Shown piece by piece: positions 1 through 8,521 of a stretch of 64,000 bases of DNA (positions are counted from its first letter, which is position 1; each line of letters opens with the position of its first letter). The notes under the pieces are model-generated. The model searched no databases, was not told the origin of the DNA, and saw nothing but the letters and a program-made list of their open reading frames with translations. The translations under genes and the position numbers were made by a program. Source of the DNA: an uncultured Acidobacteriota bacterium (lineage in GTDB: Bacteria > Acidobacteriota > Vicinamibacteria > Vicinamibacterales > CAVVIG01); assembly GCA_963821285.1 (NCBI GenBank), contig CAWGDD010000009.1, forward strand, positions 2,431-66,430, read 5' to 3'.

Positions 1-735
1 AACGCCGGCCAGACGATTGGCGGATTCTACGATCCGAACCGAATCGTCGCTCCGCTGAACGTGGTCAAGATGGCGTCCGATTTCGGGGAGCAGCTTCAGC
101 ATTGGAATGGTTTCGACTTTGGCGTCGACGCGCGGCCACGCAGCGGATTGCTCCTGCAGGGCGGTCTCGGCGTGGGCAAGTCGATGACCGATAACTGCGC
201 GATCGTCGGCGCCGTCCCCGAGGCGCTGACGGCGAACTTCCCGGCTGGCATCCAGATCCCGGTCTCGAACCCGGGTGCCAACGTGCTCACGTCGAATGCC
301 TTCTGCCATCAGGAAACGCCCTACCAGGCGGGCTACAAGGGCCTCGCCAGCTACCTCACACCGTGGTGGGGCATCCGCGTGGCCGGCACCTTCCAGAGCC
401 TGATCGGTCCGCAGGTGCCCGCGACGAACATCTACAACAACACGAACCGGACGACGACGACGGATCTGGCGCGGCCGTTTACGAACGGTCAGGCCAACGT
501 GAACCTGATTCAGCCGGGCTCGATGTGGGGCGATCGGCTCAACCAGATCGACTTGCGGTTGACCAAGGTCGTCAACGTCGGCAGCGGCAGGATTGACCTG
601 AACGTGGATTTCTACAACGCGTTCAACTCGGACGCCGTCCTCACCGAGGTCGGCTCGTTCGGCCCCGTGTGGCGGTTGCCGACGAGCGTCATCCAGCCGC
701 GGTTCGTGAAGCTTGCGGTGCGGTACGATTTCTAG
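1..735 (+). CDS. TonB-dependent outer-membrane receptor, C-terminal part (5' end outside window)
   Basis: Frame 1 is open from nt 1. The beta-barrel C-terminus ends ...RFVKLAVRYDF. It shares the block (Y/W)GDR.N..DLR.TK...G......D.YN..N with the full-length receptors at 9852-12947 and 13299-16403. Confidence 0.75.
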   Translation, partial: NAGQTIGGFYDPNRIVAPLNVVKMASDFGEQLQHWNGFDFGVDARPRSGLLLQGGLGVGKSMTDNCAIVGAVPEALTANFPAGIQIPVSNPGANVLTSNAFCHQETPYQAGYKGLASYLTPWWGIRVAGTFQSLIGPQVPATNIYNNTNRTTTTDLARPFTNGQANVNLIQPGSMWGDRLNQIDLRLTKVVNVGSGRIDLNVDFYNAFNSDAVLTEVGSFGPVWRLPTSVIQPRFVKLAVRYDF

Positions 736-1421
736 CTTGCCGGCTTGACGCGGGTGTCGCCGTGGCGGTTGAGGACGACCCAGACCGCCACGGCCGGTTC
801 TTTGCCGACCGTCCAGAGCCGGTGAGGCATCTGCGCGTCGAAGGAAATCGAGTCGCCGGGGCCCAGCTCGAATTCCTCGAAGCTGATCTTGATGCCGAGC
901 CGCCCGCTGATGAGATACGCGTACTCCTTGCCGCCATGCCGGATCAGCGCGTCCTTCGGACAGGATTCCGCGCCGACGTTGTAAACCACGATCAGGAACT
1001 CGAGCTCCTTGTCGGGGACCGGCGTGAGCCGCTCCCACCTGACGCCGTCGGCCAGGTTGATCGTCTTGCGCTGGTCGGGCGTGATCACCGGGTTCTGGAT
1101 GTCCACGAAGGACGATTCCTTTTCCGGCGTCTTCTCACGGCCCTTCGCCCGTGACGGGGAGCCTCTGAAGAGATCGTCGACGACCAGCCCGAGCTCGTTC
1201 GCGATGGCGTAGAGCGTGCCAACCGATGGCATGACGCGGCTGCGTTCGATCTGTGAAACGAGGCTCGGGGAGACGCCCACGTAGCGCGCGAGCCCTCGAA
1301 CCGTCATGCCTTTTTGCTCGCGGGCGATGCGAAGCCGCGAGCCCAGCGCGGCGGAGATCTTTTCGCGGCGCCCGTCGGCACTTGCTGCGGCGTCCCGCTC
1401 GACTTTTTTCGATCCGGACAT
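732..1421 (-). CDS. XRE-family HTH transcriptional regulator with C-terminal cupin domain
   Basis: N-terminal HTH_3-like LRIAREQKGMTVRGLARYVGVSPSLVSQIERS. C-terminal cupin-like GKEYAYLISGRLGIKI...GDSISFDAQMPHRLW. Confidence 0.85.
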   Translation of the reverse strand: MSGSKKVERDAAASADGRREKISAALGSRLRIAREQKGMTVRGLARYVGVSPSLVSQIERSRVMPSVGTLYAIANELGLVVDDLFRGSPSRAKGREKTPEKESSFVDIQNPVITPDQRKTINLADGVRWERLTPVPDKELEFLIVVYNVGAESCPKDALIRHGGKEYAYLISGRLGIKISFEEFELGPGDSISFDAQMPHRLWTVGKEPAVAVWVVLNRHGDTRVKPAS

Positions 1422-1475
1422 GGCCGCGATTATACAGAACGCTTGTGCGGCGGCCTCGCGATACGTGCGTGTGCA

Positions 1476-1488
1476 TTGACACTACACA
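1476..1488 (+). promoter_or_regulatory. Recurrent motif TTGACACTACACA (site 1), upstream of the 1595 operon, inside inverted repeat GCATTGACAC-N11-GTGTCATGC (1473-1503)
   Basis: Exact 13-mer also at 17568-17580 (minus). One-mismatch copy at 8437-8449. Related copies at 6328-6340 and 6350-6360. Confidence 0.5.
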
Positions 1489-1594
1489 AATCACCGTGTC
1501 ATGCTTCGGAAGATCTGCCGGTGAACATCCGAGTTGACCTGTGTTGACCCCTTATCCAGTGCGCCGCCGACCGGCGCGCAAGAGAGACTGAATC

Positions 1595-2776
1595 ATGTTG
1601 AAAGCCACCGCTGGGCTGGTGATGCCCACGACGATCACGGGTTCGCTGCCGCGTCCGAGCTGGTATACCGAGAATCTGCAGTTGAAGTCGTTTCTGGACG
1701 CGATGGTGATCAGCCGCTTCCGCGAGCAGTATGTGGATGCGCTGTCGGTGTATCTGCGCGAGCAGGAAGTGGCGGGCCTGGACATCGTGACCGACGGGGA
1801 CTGCCGGTTCGACCAGGACGTGGGCGGGCAGAGCTGGACGAGCTATCCGCCGCATCACATGAGCGGGTTCGACGCGACGCATCCGAAGCTGGCGACGGTG
1901 GGCGCGGGCGGCATCGGGTTTCCGCGCGGGCACATCCTGCACGACTACCTCGAAGCGCGGGTGATGCCGAAGATCGTCGGGCCGCTGGGCCCCGGCGAGA
2001 TGCAGTATGCGGAGATCTGGAAGGCCGCGCAGCGCCTGACGAAGAAACCGGTGAAGTTCGGGACGGTGACGCCCGAGCTGGTGGCGTTTGCGGTGCAGGA
2101 CGAGCACTACAAAGACCTGCCGTCGCGGATCCTGGCGATGAGCGACGCGTTCAACCAGGAGCTGCACGACCTGGCGGATGCGGGCTGCCCGATCATCCAG
2201 ATGGAAGAGCCGCAGATTCACCTGCTGGCGGCGCGCGGTTACAAGGACCCGGTGATCAACCCCGAGTTCATGCTCAAGGTGTTCAACAACACCGTGAAGG
2301 GGCTGCGGGCGAAGACCGAGGTGTGGTGCCACACGTGCTGGGGCAACCCGTCGCAGCAGCGGATGTTCGCCAAGGTCCAGTCGTACAAGCCAGCGCTGGA
2401 GCTCTTGAACCAGGTGGACGCGGACGTGATCACGTTCGAGATGGCGAGCAGCCAGTGCGCGGACCTCGAGGACGTCGGCAAGCACATCACGTCCATGAAG
2501 GTGGGGATCGGCGCGATCGACCACCACACGCTGCAGGTGGAGGCGCCCGAGGAGGTGGCGGCGCTGGTGAAGCGGGCGCTGCAGGTGATCCCGAAGGAAC
2601 GGCTGATTCTGTCGTCGGACTGCGGGATGGGGCGGGAAGGGATGTCGCGACGCCATGCGTTCTACAAGATGGTGGCGCTGGTGCAGGGCGTCAACCTGGT
2701 GAAGCAGGAGCTCGGCCTCCCCGTCACGCCGAGCCAGGCGGCCGATCCGAAGTTCTCGCTGATTCGCACCGTGTAG
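1595..2776 (+). CDS. Cobalamin-independent methionine synthase C-terminal-domain-like (MetE-like/Meth_synt_2) Zn-dependent alkyltransferase family protein
   Basis: 393 aa, single domain. N-terminus MPTTITGSLPRPSWY. Putative Zn ligands in MetE-like order: H-x-C (WCHTCWGN), E (ITFEMAS), C (SSDCGMG). Confidence 0.8.
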   Translation: MLKATAGLVMPTTITGSLPRPSWYTENLQLKSFLDAMVISRFREQYVDALSVYLREQEVAGLDIVTDGDCRFDQDVGGQSWTSYPPHHMSGFDATHPKLATVGAGGIGFPRGHILHDYLEARVMPKIVGPLGPGEMQYAEIWKAAQRLTKKPVKFGTVTPELVAFAVQDEHYKDLPSRILAMSDAFNQELHDLADAGCPIIQMEEPQIHLLAARGYKDPVINPEFMLKVFNNTVKGLRAKTEVWCHTCWGNPSQQRMFAKVQSYKPALELLNQVDADVITFEMASSQCADLEDVGKHITSMKVGIGAIDHHTLQVEAPEEVAALVKRALQVIPKERLILSSDCGMGREGMSRRHAFYKMVALVQGVNLVKQELGLPVTPSQAADPKFSLIRTV

Positions 2777-2839
2777 GACGGCCGACTGCCGACTGCCGAC
2801 TGCCGACTGCCGACTGCTGACTGCTGACTGTTGACTGAG
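2777..2839 (+). repeat. Heptamer tandem array, about 9 x GACTGCC (degenerating to GACTGCT/GACTGTT)
   Basis: Read directly. It starts 1 nt after the stop codon at 2776 and ends 7 nt before the ATG at 2846. Confidence 0.95.
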
Positions 2840-2845
2840 ACGCGT

Positions 2846-3868
2846 ATGTTAAATGCGGCGATGGTGGGACTGGGCTGGTGGGGGAAGACGCTGGTGGAGT
2901 CGGTGCAGGGCACCAGCGCGGACCTGCAGTTCGTGGCGGGCGTGGCGCGGACGCACACCGCCGAGCAGACGGCGTTTGCGACGGCGCAGGGGTTCACGCT
3001 GTACCACACCTACGAGGAGGCGCTGGCGGACTCGCGCGTCCAGGCCGTGGTGCTGGCGACGCCGCATTCGCTGCATAGTCCGCAGGTCATCGCGGCCGCG
3101 CAGGCCGGCAAGCACGTCTTCTGCGAGAAGCCGTTCGCGCTGACGAAGGCCGACGCGGTGGCCGCGGTCGCCGCCACGCAGGCCGCCAAGGTCACGCTGG
3201 GACTCGGCTACAACCGACGGTTTCACCCGGAGATGACCACGCTCCGGCAGCAGGTCCGCCGCGGCGAGTTGGGCACGATCCTCCACATCGAAGCGACGAT
3301 GACGTTTCCGAACGGGCTGTTTCTGAAGCCCGATGCGTGGCGGGCGGCGAAGGACGAAACGCCCTGCGGCGCGCTGACGCCGATGGGCGTCCACGCCATC
3401 GACGGGATGATCGACCTGTGCGGCCCGATCGCCCAGGTCTACTGCCAGAGCTTCCGGCGGGTGGTGGCGGTGGACAGCGACGACACGACGTCGATGCTGT
3501 TCCGGATGGCGGACGGGATGTCGGGGTATCTGGGCACGATGACGGCGACGGGCCCGGGGTTCAGTTTTCAGGTGTTCGGGTCGGCGGGGTCGGTGCGGCT
3601 CGAAGGCATGACGCACGTGGCGGGGGCCTCCTCGGAGGAGCGCCGGACGCGGCTGTTCGGGACGTGCAAGTTTCAACCGATCAAGGGCGCGGCGACCGTC
3701 TGGGAGGCCGCGCGGCTCGACGTCACCCGGGCGTGCCTCGAGGCGTTCGCGCAGGCCGCCGCCGGCGGCGCGCCCTTCCCCATTCCGCTCGACCAGATGA
3801 TTCACGGCGCGGCCGTGACCGAGGCGGTCGTCCGCTCGGCGGCCTCGGGCCAGGTAGAAAAGGTGTAG
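2846..3868 (+). CDS. Gfo/Idh/MocA family NAD(P)-dependent oxidoreductase
   Basis: N-terminal Rossmann MLNAAMVGLGWWGKT. Also EKPFALT, typical of the family. The ATG at 2846 is chosen over the TTG at 2831, which lies inside the repeat. Confidence 0.85.
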   Translation: MLNAAMVGLGWWGKTLVESVQGTSADLQFVAGVARTHTAEQTAFATAQGFTLYHTYEEALADSRVQAVVLATPHSLHSPQVIAAAQAGKHVFCEKPFALTKADAVAAVAATQAAKVTLGLGYNRRFHPEMTTLRQQVRRGELGTILHIEATMTFPNGLFLKPDAWRAAKDETPCGALTPMGVHAIDGMIDLCGPIAQVYCQSFRRVVAVDSDDTTSMLFRMADGMSGYLGTMTATGPGFSFQVFGSAGSVRLEGMTHVAGASSEERRTRLFGTCKFQPIKGAATVWEAARLDVTRACLEAFAQAAAGGAPFPIPLDQMIHGAAVTEAVVRSAASGQVEKV

Positions 3869-3875
3869 ACGCGAC

Positions 3876-5075
3876 ATGAATCTCGGCAACGGCCTCGGCC
3901 ATCTGACGTACTCGACCCTCGTGCATCCCGCTGACAACTGGGATCAGCTGTGGTCGAGCGTGCAGACATATCTGCCGAAGGTGAAGGCGCGCATCTCGCC
4001 AGACCAGCCGTTCGGCGTGTGTCTGCGTCTCGCGGCCCCGACCGCGGAAGTCCTCGCCGCCAATGCTGACGAGCGCAAGAAGCTGAAATGGTTTCTGGCC
4101 GACAACGACATGTACGTCTACACGGCCAACGCCTTCCCGTACGGCGCGTTCAAAGGGACCGTCGTCAAGGAGCAGGTGTACGAGCCCGATTGGCGGACCG
4201 AAGAGCGCACCGCCTACACGATCAACGTCGCTGACATCCTCGCCGATCTCTGCGTCGACGGGATTTCGCCCTCGATCCAGACCGCCCCGCTCGGCTTCAA
4301 GCCGAACGTCACCGGCCCGGACGTCGTGGACAGCTACACGGAGCATGTCCTCCGCGTGGCCGCGCACCTGGTCGGGATCGAAGCCCGTACCGGACATCTG
4401 ATCACGCTCGGCCTCGAGCCGGAACCGCGCTGCTTCCTCGAGACCACGGACGAGACGGTCGCGTACTTCACGAACCATCTCTACACCGGCAAGTCCGCCG
4501 CGCGCCTCGCCAAACTCGCGGGCATCCCGATGGACACGGCCATCGCCGCGCTCCGCCGCCACCTGGGCGTCGTCTTCGACATCGGCCACCAGTCGGTCGG
4601 TTTCGAAGACATCCCGGTGTCGCTGCAGAAGCTCGTCGACGCCGGCATCCCGATCGTCAAGCTCCAGGAAGCCGCGGCGATGTATATCGGCGAGGTGACG
4701 GACGAAAAGGTCGAGGCCCTCAAGCGCTTCGCCAAGACCGTGTATCTGTCGCAAACCGTCGAGTGCCGGGGCGGCGCGGAGCTCGGGCACTACCTGAACC
4801 TCGAAGACGCGTTCGCCGGCTGGGAGACAGACAAGACCAAGCGCGAGTGGCGCACGCACTTCCACGTGCCGGTCTTCCTGACCGACCTTGGGCCGTTCAA
4901 GTCGACGCAGTTTGCGCTCGAGCAGGCGCTCGCCATGCACAAGAAAACCCCCCTCAGCCGTCAGCTCGAGATCGAAACCTACACGTGGGACGTCCTCCCC
5001 GACCACCTCAAGACCGGCGACATCGTCGAGTACGTCTGCCGCGAGCTGGAGTGGGTGAAGGGACAACTGACGTAG
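3876..5075 (+). CDS. Xylose-isomerase-like TIM-barrel protein, EboE-like
   Basis: 399 aa. N-terminus LGHLTYSTLVHPADNW...FGVCLRLAAPTAEVL resembles my recollection of the EboE (metabolite traffic protein) family. No other ebo genes are nearby. Confidence 0.55.
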   Translation: MNLGNGLGHLTYSTLVHPADNWDQLWSSVQTYLPKVKARISPDQPFGVCLRLAAPTAEVLAANADERKKLKWFLADNDMYVYTANAFPYGAFKGTVVKEQVYEPDWRTEERTAYTINVADILADLCVDGISPSIQTAPLGFKPNVTGPDVVDSYTEHVLRVAAHLVGIEARTGHLITLGLEPEPRCFLETTDETVAYFTNHLYTGKSAARLAKLAGIPMDTAIAALRRHLGVVFDIGHQSVGFEDIPVSLQKLVDAGIPIVKLQEAAAMYIGEVTDEKVEALKRFAKTVYLSQTVECRGGAELGHYLNLEDAFAGWETDKTKREWRTHFHVPVFLTDLGPFKSTQFALEQALAMHKKTPLSRQLEIETYTWDVLPDHLKTGDIVEYVCRELEWVKGQLT

Positions 5076-5113
5076 TCAGCAGTCAGCAGTCAGCAGTCGG
5101 CAGTTGGCAGTCG
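5072..5113 (+). repeat. Heptamer tandem array, about 6 x GCAGTCR (reverse complement of the 2777 array unit)
   Basis: Read directly. It overlaps the stop codon of the 3876-5075 CDS. Confidence 0.95.
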
Positions 5114-5117
5114 TAGT

Positions 5118-5135
5118 GCAGGCCTTTAGGCCTGC
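5118..5135. repeat. REP-like GC hairpin GCAGGCC-TTTA-GGCCTGC
   Basis: Perfect 7-bp stem. Same design at 9781-9798 and 46877-46894. Related GCGGGCC/GGCCCGC hairpins at 25366-25411 and 46901-46918. Confidence 0.85.
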
Positions 5136-5143
5136 CGGAACAC

Positions 5144-6298
5144 ATGAAACGAAGCACCGATCGCATCCTGACGACGCACGTGGGAAGTATCGTGCGGCCG
5201 CCGGCGCTGCGTGAGCTCTCGGCGGCCTCATCGAAAGATGACACGAGCCAGGAACGGTACGAGACGGGCTTGATGCAGCTCGTCGCGGATGTGGTCGAGT
5301 CTCAGGCGACCGCCGGCCTCGACATCGTCAACGACGGCGAGTTCGGGAAATCGAGCTGGTCAAATTACGTCCTGGCGCGGCTGACAGGATTCGAACCGCG
5401 TCCCGACCGGCTGGCCCCCGCCACGTGGCTCGGCCGCGATCGCGTGCGATTTGCGGAGTTCATGGCCAGCGAGTTTCCGCGCGGGCTGAAGGGCGCGCCC
5501 GCCGACGCCTGCGTCGGACCGATCGGCTACAAGGACCACGACAGCATTCGCCGTGACGCGGCCAACCTGAAGGCCGCCCTCGCCAGGGTCAAGGTCGAGG
5601 AAGGCTTTCTCACGACCGTCGCGCCGGCGAGCGTCGGCTACGACACGTTCCAGGAGTACTACACGAGCGAGCGCGACTACGTCTTCGCCATCGCCAGTGC
5701 GCTGCGCGAAGAGTATCTCGCCGTCTACAACGCCGGCCTCGTGCTGCAGGTGGACGATGCCGTGCTGGCGAACATGTACGACGAGCTCGTGCAGCAGAGC
5801 CCCGCGCATTACCGGCGATGGGCCGAGCTGCGCGTGGAAGCCCTCAATTACGCCCTGGCCGGGATTCCCGAAGACCGCGTCCGGTATCACATCTGCTTCG
5901 GCAGCTGGCATGTCCCGCACGTGGCGGACGCGCCGCTCGAGGCCGTCGTGGATCTCGTCCTCCAGGTCAACGCCGGCGCGTACCTGATCGAAGCCGCCAA
6001 TGTCCGGCACGAACACGAGTGGCGCGTCTGGGAGAAGGTCAAGCTGCCGGCGGGCAAGATTCTCATGCCGGGGGTGGTGACCCATCACACGACGACCGTC
6101 GAGCACCCCCGGCTGGTCGCTGACCGCATCGTCCGGTTCGCGAAGCTCGTCGGACGGGAGAACGTCGTCGCGTCGACCGATTGCGGCTTCGCCCAGGTCG
6201 AGACCCTCGCACGGGTGCACCCGCAGGTGATGTGGGCGAAGTTCGAGAGCCTGGCCGAGGGCGCGCGGCTGGCCTCGGCCGAGCTCTGGGGCCGGTAG
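5144..6298 (+). CDS. Second MetE-C-terminal-like (Meth_synt_2) Zn-dependent alkyltransferase family protein
   Basis: 384 aa. N-terminus ILTTHVGSIVRPP. Ligand pattern H-x-C (YHICFGSWH), E (YLIEAAN), C (STDCGFA). Confidence 0.8.
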   Translation: MKRSTDRILTTHVGSIVRPPALRELSAASSKDDTSQERYETGLMQLVADVVESQATAGLDIVNDGEFGKSSWSNYVLARLTGFEPRPDRLAPATWLGRDRVRFAEFMASEFPRGLKGAPADACVGPIGYKDHDSIRRDAANLKAALARVKVEEGFLTTVAPASVGYDTFQEYYTSERDYVFAIASALREEYLAVYNAGLVLQVDDAVLANMYDELVQQSPAHYRRWAELRVEALNYALAGIPEDRVRYHICFGSWHVPHVADAPLEAVVDLVLQVNAGAYLIEAANVRHEHEWRVWEKVKLPAGKILMPGVVTHHTTTVEHPRLVADRIVRFAKLVGRENVVASTDCGFAQVETLARVHPQVMWAKFESLAEGARLASAELWGR

Positions 6299-6327
6299 CC
6301 GGCGCTCCATCGCGCGTCCGAGTGTGT

Positions 6328-6360
6328 ATTGACGATACACGCCGGATGGCTGTAGTGTGA
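6328..6360 (+). promoter_or_regulatory. Motif variants TTGACGATACACG (6328-6340, plus) and GTCACACTACA (6350-6360, minus) upstream of the bicupin gene
   Basis: Related to TTGACACTACACA. The first copy lies in the palindrome GTGTAT-TGACG-ATACAC (6323-6339). Confidence 0.4.
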
Positions 6361-6372
6361 CGCCTGCGCCAC

Positions 6373-7299
6373 ATGCACTACGCCCTCTGCAGCAGAGATA
6401 TCAAGGTCGTCCCGGCCTATTCCGGGAATAGCCGGCAGTTCGCCCGCTGTTCGCTGGTCGACCTGTCGGTCGGCTCCGTGCATATGGGCCTGGGGCTGTG
6501 CGAGCTGAGGGCCGGGGGCTACCTCGACGTTCACGTCCATTCCTTCGAGGAAAGCTTCTACGTGCTCGAGGGTTCGCCGACGCTCATCATCGACGCGCGT
6601 GCCTATCAGCTGGGTCCTGGGGCCTGCGGTCTGGTGCCCCTCGGCACGCCGCATGCCTGGGTTGCCTCGGCTCACGGTACGGCGCGCTGGATCGACATGC
6701 TGGCGCCGCAGCCGCGCGCCGGGAACGCGCCCGCCGACACGTTCTTCCTCGGGCCTGTCGCCACCTACGAGCGGCACGATTTCGACATCCGCGATCCGCG
6801 GTCGCGGCACCTGTTCCTTGTCACGGACGGTGACATCGAGCTGGACCGTCTCAAGGCCGGCGCCTCCGTGGACGCACCCACCGTGTCTGCCAGCATGAAC
6901 ACCGCACTGCTGGCCTACAGCGGCATCGCGCTCAAGATGATGGTCGATCAGCGCCTGGGCGCCGAGCTGTCGACGATGTTCATGGTGGAGTACCAGCCGG
7001 GGGGCATCGCGCACCCGCACGACCACCCGCTGGAGGAGTCGTACTTCATTCTGGAAGGTGAGATCGAAGCCGTCGCGGACGACCGTCAATACCTGCTTCG
7101 CGCGGGGGACGTATTCTGGACGGGCGTCGGCTGCATTCACGGCTTCCGCAATACGAGCCGCAAGCCCGTGCGCTGGCTCGAGACGCAGTCTCCACAGCTC
7201 CCGTCCCGCTACGGGTACCGGTTCAATCGGGACTGGCAGTACCTGGCGGACAAACTCGCCACACCCAAGGCAGAAGAGCTGAACACCGCCGCTCGCTGA
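6373..7299 (+). CDS. Bicupin (two cupin_2-like domains) protein
   Basis: Two cupin cores: HVHSFEESFYVLEG...LVPLGTPHAW and HPHDHPLEESYFILEGE...GCIHGFRN. Start is uncertain (an internal M lies near 6486). Confidence 0.7.
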   Translation: MHYALCSRDIKVVPAYSGNSRQFARCSLVDLSVGSVHMGLGLCELRAGGYLDVHVHSFEESFYVLEGSPTLIIDARAYQLGPGACGLVPLGTPHAWVASAHGTARWIDMLAPQPRAGNAPADTFFLGPVATYERHDFDIRDPRSRHLFLVTDGDIELDRLKAGASVDAPTVSASMNTALLAYSGIALKMMVDQRLGAELSTMFMVEYQPGGIAHPHDHPLEESYFILEGEIEAVADDRQYLLRAGDVFWTGVGCIHGFRNTSRKPVRWLETQSPQLPSRYGYRFNRDWQYLADKLATPKAEELNTAAR

Positions 7300-7337
7300 A
7301 GTCCGACATGGCGTCCGCCTTCAGGCTGACGTCCGTC

Positions 7338-8291
7338 TCAGGCGATGCGGATCCGGCTGCCGTTGTCCCTGAGCCACTGTTCGAAGGTCTGGAGGGATGG
7401 GTTGAGCTGCCGCGCCACCTCGACGCTGCGCGCCGCGCGAAAGACGTCCTCGAAGTCCCGTTTGAACTGGAACATGCTGCCCAGATCGTCGGCGCCGGGA
7501 ATATCCAGGCGCCGATAGGCCTCTGGCGTCACGTCGGCATATCGGACGCGCTCGCCGATAGCGCGCGACAATGCCGACGCGAGCTCCTGCCCGGTGAGGT
7601 GATCGCCAGCGATCCCGACCGCCCGGCCGATGTAAGTTTGTCCACCCCGCAGGACGCCGTAGGCGCACCGGCCGATGTCCTCGGCCGCGATACTCGGCAA
7701 CCGTTTATCGCCCATTGGGAGCGTCAGCGTCAGCACGCCGCCGGCATCCCGGCGCGGAGCCATGCCGGGGAAGCTGATGAAGTTGTCGAAGTAGAACGAT
7801 GTCAGGAGAAACGTTGCCGGCACGTTCCGGCGCGTGAACTCCGCGTTGGCTTCGCCCTTGGCGTCGAAGTGCGCGACCTTGTAGTGGCCGTGCAACGTGG
7901 GCATCTGATCGCTGTCGAGCGGAACCCATCGCCGTGTGTCCTCGAGCGTCGACCAGATCACGTGTTCGTTGCCGGCGCAGGCCACTGCGTTGGCCATGGC
8001 CCCAGCCTGTGCCAACTCTCGCTCGGGTGAACCGTGCTCCCAGAAGTTCGTGACGCAGAAGACGGCGTGGGCGCCGTCGAACGCGCGCTTCAGCGTCTCG
8101 GCGCGATCGAGATCCGCGGCCACGACCTCCGCGCCGCACGCCCTGAGCGCGCAGGCCGGCGCGGACTCCGGCCGCCGCGTCAAGGCTCTAACCGAAAAGA
8201 CACGGGCCGAGTCGGCCAGGATGGCGCGCGCCAGCCCGCCACCCTGCGCGCCGGTCGCGCCCACGATTGCGACGATCTTGTGATCCTTCAC
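7338..8291 (-). CDS. NmrA-family NAD(P)-binding protein
   Basis: N-terminus IVAIVGATGAQGGGLARAIL. Length 317 aa and overall NmrA-like pattern. Confidence 0.8.
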   Translation of the reverse strand: MKDHKIVAIVGATGAQGGGLARAILADSARVFSVRALTRRPESAPACALRACGAEVVAADLDRAETLKRAFDGAHAVFCVTNFWEHGSPERELAQAGAMANAVACAGNEHVIWSTLEDTRRWVPLDSDQMPTLHGHYKVAHFDAKGEANAEFTRRNVPATFLLTSFYFDNFISFPGMAPRRDAGGVLTLTLPMGDKRLPSIAAEDIGRCAYGVLRGGQTYIGRAVGIAGDHLTGQELASALSRAIGERVRYADVTPEAYRRLDIPGADDLGSMFQFKRDFEDVFRAARSVEVARQLNPSLQTFEQWLRDNGSRIRIA

Positions 8292-8436
8292 GTCTCCCCG
8301 ACAGATCCAGCTTGGAGATTATAGGACGACCGCTGCCATCCGTTCAGCGATACGGAACGATGGGCCTGGTGCATTCAGATTCTTGGATGCGGCGTAGACC
8401 AGGCGCTCGTCGTGTTGCCGCAATAAACAGTGTCGT

Positions 8437-8449
8437 TTGGCACTACACA
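8437..8449 (+). promoter_or_regulatory. Motif copy TTGGCACTACACA upstream of the epoxide hydrolase gene
   Basis: 12/13 match to the sites at 1476 and 17568. Same orientation as the downstream gene. A TAGAAT hexamer lies at 8484-8489. Confidence 0.4.
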
Positions 8450-8521
8450 CGAGAAGGATATCCGGGGCGGGATTTCCGGCGGTAGAATCTGGCACACCGG
8501 CTCCGCCGGCGAGTCCTGCTC

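Noticed and set aside
1595-2776. Calling 1595-2776 or 5144-6298 metE (methionine synthase)
   Set aside because: Both are single-domain proteins of about 390 aa, whereas true MetE is about 750 aa with two domains. Only the Zn-ligand pattern is shared, and the context is catabolic. They are kept as MetE-like family proteins without a gene symbol.
2777-5113. The array-flanked two-gene segment as a composite transposon or integron cassette
   Set aside because: There is no transposase or integrase, no attC-like site, no target-site duplication, and no GC or codon-usage discontinuity that I can see. It is kept only as a structural observation.
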